Below, piece by piece: positions 39,996 to 47,552 of a stretch of DNA of 64,000 bases. How positions within the stretch are numbered: the first letter of the stretch is position 1; every line of letters starts with the position of its first letter. A program made the translations under genes and the position numbers. Source of the stretch: an uncultured bacterium (GTDB lineage Bacteria; UBP14; UBA6098; B30-G16); the NCBI GenBank assembly GCA_965552135.1, contig CBEVQY010000001.1, positions 1-64,000 of the forward strand, written 5' to 3'. The notes beneath the pieces are model-generated. The model was not told the DNA's origin, ran no database searches, and was given only the letters and a program-made list of their open reading frames with translations.

Positions 39996-40865
39996 TCAAT
40001 ACGTCCGCCTTATTATAAAATCTGCCAGCGAGTAAAGCAAGCGATTATCGTGGCTTTTGAGGAGGGAGCTTTTGGCTTTTTCGACGAGGCTTTTTGCGAT
40101 GGCTCGGGCTTTCTCCGTTCCTCCCACCGCCTTTGGGTAGGTGGCTTTGTCGAGTTTTTCGTCGGCGCCTGTGCTTTTGCCAAGCTTTTTGCGGTCGCCC
40201 TTTATGTCGAGTATATCGTCTGTGATCTGGAAGGCGAGCCCGGCGTTTTTTGCGTATTTCGTCAGGCTTGCCAGCTGCTTTGGGTTTGCGCCGCCGAGGA
40301 TGGCGCCAACCCTCACGGAAGCCACAAACAAAGCCGCCGTCTTGCGCTCGTGGATGAAGCGTACATCCTCCTCTCCAACGTCCTTGCCCTCCATCTCCAC
40401 GTCGGCAACCTGACCGCCCACGAGCCCGCCCGTGCCTATCGCCTTTGCGATCTCGTTGACGACGGCGACGTTTCCGGTTTTCGCCAAAAGCTCAAACGCA
40501 AGCGCGTGCAGGGCGTCGCCGGCGAGTATCGCTATGGCTTCGCCGAAAACCCTGTGGCAGGTGGGTTTGCCGCGGCGATAGTCGTCGTTGTCCAAGGCGG
40601 GGAGGTCGTCGTGGATGAGGGAGTAGGTGTGTATGAGCTCGACGGCGCAGGCGGCGGGATACACCGTCCTGCCTCGTCCCCCAACCCACCTGAACGCCTC
40701 GCACACCAAAAACGGACGAAGCCTTTTGCCTCCGGCGAACACAGCGTATCGCATCGCCCTGTGGAGCGTCTGCGGCGGCTTATCCTCGGCGGGGAGATAC
40801 CGATCCAGCCAGCGGTTTATGCGGGGGATGAACCTCCTGAGCGCAGTTTCGAATTCAACGGACAC
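39996..40865 (-). CDS. ispA: Farnesyl/geranylgeranyl diphosphate synthase
   Basis: GGKRLRP, HTYSLIHDDLPALDNDDYRRGKPT, AILAGDAL, KTAAL, GLAFQITDDILD, GKSTG.D. Confidence 0.94.
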   Translation of the reverse strand: MSVEFETALRRFIPRINRWLDRYLPAEDKPPQTLHRAMRYAVFAGGKRLRPFLVCEAFRWVGGRGRTVYPAACAVELIHTYSLIHDDLPALDNDDYRRGKPTCHRVFGEAIAILAGDALHALAFELLAKTGNVAVVNEIAKAIGTGGLVGGQVADVEMEGKDVGEEDVRFIHERKTAALFVASVRVGAILGGANPKQLASLTKYAKNAGLAFQITDDILDIKGDRKKLGKSTGADEKLDKATYPKAVGGTEKARAIAKSLVEKAKSSLLKSHDNRLLYSLADFIIRRTY

Positions 40866-41014
40866 GCCACACCCCTTCGAAGCCTTTCTCAGTCGACTTG
40901 TAGTCGCGCACCCTGGCGCCCTGCCCGGCGACCCTCGCCGCCCTGGCGCACCGCCTCACACACCTTCCGGCGCCGCGCCCCTGGCTGCTGAGCTTTGGCA
41001 AACCCAGGTCACGC

Positions 41015-42925
41015 TCAGGGCAGAAGCCTCATGACCGTTCCGTTTTCGCCCACAGCCCACACGTGCGCGCCGTCGAGGACCTCGATGGCGTAGAGGTTCG
41101 CTTCGGTGTAACCTTCCGCCTGGCGGTACCACGTCTCGCCGCCGTCGACGGTGTGGAGGATGTAGCCGAAGTTGCCCACAACCCATCCTCGCTGGGCATC
41201 GACGAAGCCTATGTCGTGGAAGTGTGTGAACAGGTTGGGTTCGACGTCGGTCGCCTGCCACGTTTGCCCGCCGTCGGTCGTCCTCAGAAGCGCCATGTTC
41301 CCGCACGCCCAGCCGTTCGACGCATCGACGAAGGATACGCCCGTGAGGGCGCAGTTCGAGCCCGACGACTGCTCCTCCCACGATGCACCGCCGTCGGTTG
41401 TGTGGACGATAACGCCTGCATCGCCAACGACCCAGCCCTCGGTCTCGCTTATGAAGCAAAGTCCCATAAGCTCTGCGGCAACGCCGGGAGAGACGTCGAA
41501 CCAGCTTTGCCCTGAGTCGGTGGACTTAAGGACAATCCCGTCGCTGCCAACCGCGTAGACGACATCGCCGCCGGCAAACTGGACGCGGTTTAGGTGGTCT
41601 ATCTCTCCGCTTACGTCGATGTTTTCCTGGGGCACGAGGTTCCAGTGGTCGCCGCCGTCGGTGGTGACGAATATCGCTCCGTCGCTGCCAACGGCAACGC
41701 CGTCGCTGCCGTTTTTAAAGTCGACGCCGCTTACGGTTATGTCGAAGGCGTAGGGCAAAACCCTCTGCAAGAGGGTGTGACCGCCGTCAAGCGTCCTTAG
41801 GACGGTTGCCTTCTTGCCGACGACGACCCCCTCGGTGGGGCTTGTGAACGCCGCGTCCTGGAGGATGACGTTTGTGCCGTAGTTTGCGCCGACCCACGAC
41901 GAGAGGTCGCCCGTGCCGATCCTGACCGATCCCCCTCCGCGCACGGGATCAACCCCGACCACAAGGACAGCATCGCCCTCCGGGGTGAAGGTTGCCCAAA
42001 GCTGATCGCCGTAGGTGCTCAGTGCGTAGGTGGTGTCCCAGTTCATTCCGCCGTCGGTTGATATCACCGCCACGCCCTCGATGCCCACGGCGATGCCGTA
42101 GTCTCCGAAGACGGCGATGCTTGATAGCTGCTTGTTCGTTCGGGGGTTGTTTGCGCCGCTCCAGACGACGCTGTCGCCGGCGCTGCGGTAGAAGATCTTG
42201 CCCTCCTCCCCGCATATCAGGAACTCTTCGGCGCTCTTCGCTGCCGCGGCGGTGAAGACCTTGTCGGTGGCAAGCGTCTCCGGGCTCCAGGTGGCGCCGC
42301 CGTCGGAGGTGTAGAAGACCCAGCTACCCGTCGTCACAATGACGCCGTGGTCGGCATCGTAGAAGGCAAACCCGTTGGAGCCAAGCCCAAGCTCCTCGAA
42401 GAGCCCAATGCAGTGCGCCGTCCAGCTCTGCCCGTTGTCGCTGGAGGTGAGGAAGTACGGTCCCGCAAGCGCGTAGAACCTGCCACCGCCAACGTACTGA
42501 ACCGCCTTGACGTCGACTGAGTCGATCTCGACGCCGCTTACCTGTGCCCGGCTCCACGTTGCGCCGCCATCGGTGGTGTAGAACAAAGACGCCTCGCCGC
42601 CCAAAACGCCCGTCTGTTCGTCGGCGAAGTCGATGGCAAGAACGGAAAAACCCATAGTGTCCATCGCCGTTATGTTCTGGCTCTCCCAGCTGAGCCCGCC
42701 GTCGGTCGAGATCGCCACGAAGCCGTTGCCGCCGCCAACGGCTATAAAATCACCGCCCGAGAGTATATCGCCCGTGGCAAGGTTGGGCATAACGTCGGAG
42801 GAGGTGTGGATTATCTCCCAGTCGGTGTCGTCTTTGGGGATTTCCCTTTCTTCCTCGCCGGGCTTCTCACAGCCAACGATAAACGCTAAAACGAAAGCCA
42901 ATGCGAAAAGCCAAAGTCGTCTCAT
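41015..42925 (-). CDS. YCF48/BNR Asp-box repeat lipoprotein (probable double beta-propeller)
   Basis: Lipobox IVGC; about 11 (S/T)TDGGx(S/T)W-type boxes plus degenerate copies; AAGGAGG RBS. Confidence 0.85.
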   Translation of the reverse strand: MRRLWLFALAFVLAFIVGCEKPGEEEREIPKDDTDWEIIHTSSDVMPNLATGDILSGGDFIAVGGGNGFVAISTDGGLSWESQNITAMDTMGFSVLAIDFADEQTGVLGGEASLFYTTDGGATWSRAQVSGVEIDSVDVKAVQYVGGGRFYALAGPYFLTSSDNGQSWTAHCIGLFEELGLGSNGFAFYDADHGVIVTTGSWVFYTSDGGATWSPETLATDKVFTAAAAKSAEEFLICGEEGKIFYRSAGDSVVWSGANNPRTNKQLSSIAVFGDYGIAVGIEGVAVISTDGGMNWDTTYALSTYGDQLWATFTPEGDAVLVVGVDPVRGGGSVRIGTGDLSSWVGANYGTNVILQDAAFTSPTEGVVVGKKATVLRTLDGGHTLLQRVLPYAFDITVSGVDFKNGSDGVAVGSDGAIFVTTDGGDHWNLVPQENIDVSGEIDHLNRVQFAGGDVVYAVGSDGIVLKSTDSGQSWFDVSPGVAAELMGLCFISETEGWVVGDAGVIVHTTDGGASWEEQSSGSNCALTGVSFVDASNGWACGNMALLRTTDGGQTWQATDVEPNLFTHFHDIGFVDAQRGWVVGNFGYILHTVDGGETWYRQAEGYTEANLYAIEVLDGAHVWAVGENGTVMRLLP

Positions 42926-43003
42926 CGGTCCTCCTTTTCTTTATGGATCGAAAGTGCTGGAACAATATCGGGGCAACGACCCTTTGTTGCAAGAACTTTT
43001 TGG

Positions 43004-44524
43004 CTACGCGGTTTTTCTGCGCAGCGCGCTTTGGATGGAGTTTGCAAGCCTTGCGAGCGTGAAGGGCTTTTGCAGAAGGTCAGCTGCGCCGCGCTCGACG
43101 ACGTGCTCAACGGGCTCTATGTAGGTGTATCCGCTCATGACGATGACGGGGCAGCCCGGGGCAAGCTCAGCTATGCGGTCGAAGACCTCCTCCCCGGGTA
43201 TGTCGGGAAGGACCATATCGAGAAGGACCACATCGGGCTTTTGCGTTTTTAAAAGCTCAATCCCTTCGGCGCCGTTTCGGGCGAGGATGGGTTCGTATCC
43301 CAGCGTTGCAAGCATTCTCGAGACCGCGCTGCGCATAGCGTCTTCGTCTTCGATCACAAGCACCCTCTCGCCCCTGCCCTCGGGGTACGACGTCTCGGGT
43401 AGCGCCTGTGCCGTCACATCGGCGGGGAGGATGACGGTTATCGTCGTTCCCACGCCCGGCGCACTCTGGATGTCTATCGTTCCGCCGTGGTGACGTGCGA
43501 TCGATAGCGCCACAGCGAGCCCAAGCCCGCGCGAAGGCGGATCCCAGCCCGAAAAGAAAGGCTCGAAAACCCTCTCCTGAAGCTCAAAGGGAATGCCCAC
43601 GCCGTTGTCGGAAAAGATTACGACCACATGGGGTTTTTGCGAAAGCTCAGGATAGCGCCCCAGAAAGAAGGCATCGGGCGAAACGACGTGCGCTTTGACC
43701 ACGATGCGCCCCTTTCCGCCGAGCGCGCGGCTGGCGTTCTGAAGAACGTTTTCAAAAAGCTTCTCCAAAAGGGATGGAAAGCCCTCAACCATCACAGCCC
43801 CTTCGGGGAAGCCTTCCTCCATCTCCACGGACGGTGGCAACATGTTGCGCCATGCCTTGCAAACGCGCCGCAGCAGGGCAACGATGTCGAACCTGCGGGG
43901 CGGCTGCCTGGGAGAGCGGACAAAAAGCGAAAGAGCCTGCAGTATCTCCGAAGCGCTCAGGATATGGTCCTCTATGTCACGGACGTATCCCGAAAGCTCG
44001 GTCGAAAGCCCTTCGGGCAGGCGACGATGAAGAATGCTTATGTCAGCCATAACGAGCATAAGTTCGTTGTTGAGTTTGTGGAAGATCTCGGAGGAGAACC
44101 TCTCCACAAGCTCCTGCCGCAGCAAAAGCTGCCTTCTGCGCTCAAACTGCATCCTGTCGGTCACGTCGAGAAGGGTTATGAGAAAACCTATGTGCCTTCC
44201 GTCCTCGTCGACGACCTTGGTGAAGGTGCAGTCCAAAACCCTCCCCTTGCTTGTGCGGATTGTGTGGTCGAAGAAGCCGGTTTTTTCTGCTTCGTCGAGG
44301 GCATTGCGGGCCACGTCGAGCACGGCGGGGTTGACCCTTTTCACAAAGTCGCAAAGCTCCTTCACCGCCATGCGCGCCCGGGGCAGCTGAGCCATCTCCA
44401 AAAGCTTTGCGTTGGCGAAGATGAGGTTTCTGTCCCTATCGAGCGTTGCGACGCCGAAGGGAAGTTTATCAAGCGATCGGCGCAGCGTGTCTAAGACCGC
44501 GAATTTATCGGGGAGCTTGTCCAT
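43004..44524 (-). CDS. Soluble hybrid sensor kinase (PAS-HisKA-HATPase-receiver)
   Basis: PAS (LPFGVATLD..FAN; DVTDR), H-box FHKLNNEL, NVLQNA, DNGVGI, GLGL, receiver IEDE..LLDMVLP..LQKPF. No TM helix. Confidence 0.92.
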   Translation of the reverse strand: MDKLPDKFAVLDTLRRSLDKLPFGVATLDRDRNLIFANAKLLEMAQLPRARMAVKELCDFVKRVNPAVLDVARNALDEAEKTGFFDHTIRTSKGRVLDCTFTKVVDEDGRHIGFLITLLDVTDRMQFERRRQLLLRQELVERFSSEIFHKLNNELMLVMADISILHRRLPEGLSTELSGYVRDIEDHILSASEILQALSLFVRSPRQPPRRFDIVALLRRVCKAWRNMLPPSVEMEEGFPEGAVMVEGFPSLLEKLFENVLQNASRALGGKGRIVVKAHVVSPDAFFLGRYPELSQKPHVVVIFSDNGVGIPFELQERVFEPFFSGWDPPSRGLGLAVALSIARHHGGTIDIQSAPGVGTTITVILPADVTAQALPETSYPEGRGERVLVIEDEDAMRSAVSRMLATLGYEPILARNGAEGIELLKTQKPDVVLLDMVLPDIPGEEVFDRIAELAPGCPVIVMSGYTYIEPVEHVVERGAADLLQKPFTLARLANSIQSALRRKTA

Positions 44525-44619
44525 CACTTCTTCCTGAGGGCGATTATGACCGACCAGGCAAGCCCACCGAAAAGCACTCCCGCAACTATAACGAAGGTTA
44601 TCCAAGCCGAAAGCGGCAT
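44524..44619 (-). CDS. 31-aa single-pass membrane peptide (resembles MetS-family NSS transporter small subunits)
   Basis: Manual translation MPLSAWITFVIVAGVLFGGLAWSVIIALRKK. Strong AAAGGAG RBS; the TGA overlaps the kinase ATG (TGATG). Below the ORF-track size cutoff. Confidence 0.8.
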   Translation of the reverse strand: MPLSAWITFVIVAGVLFGGLAWSVIIALRKK

Positions 44620-44638
44620 GGCGTCTCTCCTTTCGTCT

Positions 44639-47527
44639 TTATTCTGCTGGAGCGAGCTTTTCCGCCTCCATCTCCAAAAGCACCCTTCTGTTTACGGTTC
44701 GTCCCTCGGGCAGGGCGTTGTTGCCGATCTCGACCCACTCGCCCTTGCCAAGCTGCGAGTTCCAGCGGTGGATCTTGTAGGGGCGCTTCTCCCCATAGCC
44801 CCTGGTGCGGAGAACGACGTGGTGGTCCGAAAGCCACTTATCAAGCTGGGCGTCGGTTTCAAGGTTGAGCAGATACTTCATGTACTTCCTTATGTTCGCA
44901 AGCTCGCGCTGGGCGCGCTTTTGGGAGAGATCAAGGTTAGCGTACTCGGGACCGATGGAGTCGGTGTGCCCGGCGACGGTGGCAAGAAGCCTGTACTGAC
45001 CCTTCTGGGCGCGATATATGAGCCTTCGGGCTACGTACTCAACCCGGGATTCCAAAAACTTCGACTGCGGAACGTCCTCGTTGAACATGAAGATGACTAT
45101 AACGAGGCTTTCGATGCGCTTCCCCTGCTTCGTGACCTCGATGGCCATCGTGTCGGACTGCACAACGAGCTGCTCGCCCATCTTGTCCCAAACTTCAAGC
45201 TTTGCGAAGTATTTTTCGTCGAAGTCGAGGAGCATTCCCGCCTCGTCGCGCCAGTCCCAAGAGATGCCCTTTGGCACCTGCCCCTTGCCCGCAGCCAGCG
45301 TGCGAACAACGTTCCCCTTCGCATCGACTATGAGGACGGCGAAGCTGTCGACGCCGGCGTCGACCTCCGCGTCGATCTTGACGAGGTTCTCCTCCGAGCC
45401 CTCGACGGTGTAGTCCTCCAGAACCCTGTCCGCCTCCTTGGGTCTGTAGACGACGCCCTCGGGGTTGGGGAAGACCCAAACCTCGTTCGGTGAAACGGAC
45501 GGCTCATACTGCTGGTGGATGTAGACGCGTGGGGCGAGCTCTTCGCCAAGTTTCTCCTTGAGGAAGCGCGCGACGTTTGCAGCCCGTCTGAAGGCAAGAT
45601 CAGCCGTTGCTTCGTCGCCGGGGGGCGCATAGCCCTCCACGAGTATTATCACCTCCTCGTTGCGGTGCAAAAGCTCGCGCATGGTCGAAAGGAACCTGCT
45701 TAGGTCCTCGGTGTTGTCAGGTTCTTCGGAGCTTCCCGAGAAGGGGACCTTCACCAGGAAGTCTCTGCCCTCGACGAACCAAGCGGAAAGCTCGACGCGC
45801 CTGTTTTCCTCCTGCATCATCCTTCTGTCGCGCAGGATGACCTGGTCCTCGGGTATGCCGGCGCGGGATTCACTCATATCGTATCCGCTTTCCCTGACCT
45901 GGATTCTGTCGGCTGGCGCACCGAGGGAGACGAGACGATCCTTGACCGCACGCGCTCGCGCTATGGCAAGCCGGTCGGGCTTGTCGACGTCATCGGTGCT
46001 TTTGTCGTAATACCCCTCAAGCACCACAACAACGTCCGGGCAGAGCTTGAGCCTGTTGGCTACGATGGAGAGCATCCTGTCGAACCTGTGGTCGACCTCC
46101 GAGGAGTTCTTGTCGAAAAAGACTATGGGGATTATCGGCTCCTCCTCCTGATACAAAAGGAGCTTGGACACAGAAAGCTTTCTGTGCAGAGGCTCGATTT
46201 TGCCCTCGGGCTTTCGGAAGACGGACAGGTCCGCGAAGGCGGTGTTGTTGTCTTCGTCCACCTCCTCGACCTTGCCACGAACGGCGGGCAGATACTTCGG
46301 GTATCCGTCGACGCCGATGTAGATGGTGTACTTTCCGTTTCGCGGCGGGACCCACTTTCGCTTCAGGGTCAAAACCTCGCCGGGCTTTATCGTCACCCGC
46401 TCAAGCGGAAGCGCCAAAACCCAGTTGCCCGATGTGTCCTGGTAGTATATCACCACCGGCACGTTCTTTTCGGTCTTCTCGCCGCGGTTCTCGATCTTCG
46501 CGCTTATGACGACCTCCCCACCGAGGACGACTCTGTCGGGAACGATCGACATCGATCCCTCGACCACGGCGAGGTCCTCGACGGGCACGGGAGGAGGCTC
46601 CACAAGCAGGTTGAAGCTTACCCGGTGGGTCGTGAAGTACTTTTTCGCCATCTCGGTTGCGAGGGGGTACTCTACGGCGTAGTCTATCCCCCAGCTGAAC
46701 TTCTCGCCCCAGTGCGTGTATCCGAAGCCACAACCTACGGCGGCGCGGTTGTACCCCGCCCGCAGCGAAAAGCTTTGACCAAAGCTTTTCTCGACGCCCA
46801 TGTGCAGGTCAAGCTTCTTCCCCGCGGGCGCCTCTGTGGCGTACTCGACCTCAAGCGTGGGCGCAAATGATCCGAAGCGCAGGGCGCATCCACCGCGCAC
46901 CCTAAGCGGAAGCCTGCTCTCGCCGCCCTGGGAGACCGAGATGTCCGGCTGGGTGATGTTCTTCACCGCAACGCCCGCCGCAAGCCACTTCGCAGGGCGG
47001 AAATACAGCCCCGCGTCGGCGGAGAAGACCATAGACGATGAGCTCTGAGAAAGGAGCGGATCGGCTTCGTCGAAGTCGTGGAAGTTTGCGGTGTTAAACC
47101 AGCTTCGCCACAGCGTGAAGTTCGCGCCGACCGAAAGGCACTTCCCGTCGGGAACGCCCCAGAGGCGCTTGGCATACCCCAGCGTAAGCTCGCCCTGCGA
47201 GTAAACGTCGGAGAGGAACTGGACGTATGAGATGCCGACTGATCCGTACCGGAACTTCCTGTCGAGGTGGAGGACGTATCCCAGCCCGCCTTCCTGGAGG
47301 AAGTCGTTTTCGACGCCGAGGTTTATAGCGGCGTAGTTGAGCGCGAGCGCCATCCTCGAGAACGCGTCCATTGCGCCGGGGTTCCACACGGGCGCGTTTC
47401 CGTCGAGTGCGGCGGCGCAGTAGGCGCCACCAACGCCAACGCCGCGCGCCGAACCCTCATCGACCTGGCACAAAAGGGAAGTCGCCAAACACAAAATCCC
47501 CGCCAAGCACAAAAACTTCCTCGCCAT
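44639..47527 (-). CDS. Outer-membrane PorP/PorV-like beta-barrel fused to CARDB, OmpA-like (x3) and FlgD-Ig-like domains
   Basis: GSARGVGVGGAY..VWNPGAM; KNITQPDIS; THRVSF; CARDB (DLAV..IENRGE..EVDEDNN); OmpA (FFDKNSS..LAIARARAV..NRRVEL; GHTDSIG..NLDLSQKRA..GYGEKRP..NRRV); FlgD-like (IVDAKGNVVRTL..ISWDWRDEAG). Confidence 0.8.
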   Translation of the reverse strand: MARKFLCLAGILCLATSLLCQVDEGSARGVGVGGAYCAAALDGNAPVWNPGAMDAFSRMALALNYAAINLGVENDFLQEGGLGYVLHLDRKFRYGSVGISYVQFLSDVYSQGELTLGYAKRLWGVPDGKCLSVGANFTLWRSWFNTANFHDFDEADPLLSQSSSSMVFSADAGLYFRPAKWLAAGVAVKNITQPDISVSQGGESRLPLRVRGGCALRFGSFAPTLEVEYATEAPAGKKLDLHMGVEKSFGQSFSLRAGYNRAAVGCGFGYTHWGEKFSWGIDYAVEYPLATEMAKKYFTTHRVSFNLLVEPPPVPVEDLAVVEGSMSIVPDRVVLGGEVVISAKIENRGEKTEKNVPVVIYYQDTSGNWVLALPLERVTIKPGEVLTLKRKWVPPRNGKYTIYIGVDGYPKYLPAVRGKVEEVDEDNNTAFADLSVFRKPEGKIEPLHRKLSVSKLLLYQEEEPIIPIVFFDKNSSEVDHRFDRMLSIVANRLKLCPDVVVVLEGYYDKSTDDVDKPDRLAIARARAVKDRLVSLGAPADRIQVRESGYDMSESRAGIPEDQVILRDRRMMQEENRRVELSAWFVEGRDFLVKVPFSGSSEEPDNTEDLSRFLSTMRELLHRNEEVIILVEGYAPPGDEATADLAFRRAANVARFLKEKLGEELAPRVYIHQQYEPSVSPNEVWVFPNPEGVVYRPKEADRVLEDYTVEGSEENLVKIDAEVDAGVDSFAVLIVDAKGNVVRTLAAGKGQVPKGISWDWRDEAGMLLDFDEKYFAKLEVWDKMGEQLVVQSDTMAIEVTKQGKRIESLVIVIFMFNEDVPQSKFLESRVEYVARRLIYRAQKGQYRLLATVAGHTDSIGPEYANLDLSQKRAQRELANIRKYMKYLLNLETDAQLDKWLSDHHVVLRTRGYGEKRPYKIHRWNSQLGKGEWVEIGNNALPEGRTVNRRVLLEMEAEKLAPAE

Positions 47528-47552
47528 CGCTCCTCCTCAACGATATGTCAGG

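Noticed and set aside
40866..41014. SRP RNA, tRNA or a small ORF in the ispA upstream spacer
   Set aside because: CCGGAAGG is present but lacks the SRP CAGG/AGCAG context, there is no cloverleaf, and the short ORFs lack a convincing RBS or motifs.
41015..42925. Recurring GCCGCCGTCGGT-like nucleotide repeats as a possible CRISPR or DNA repeat array
   Set aside because: They encode the TDGG Asp-box repeats of the protein and are inexact.
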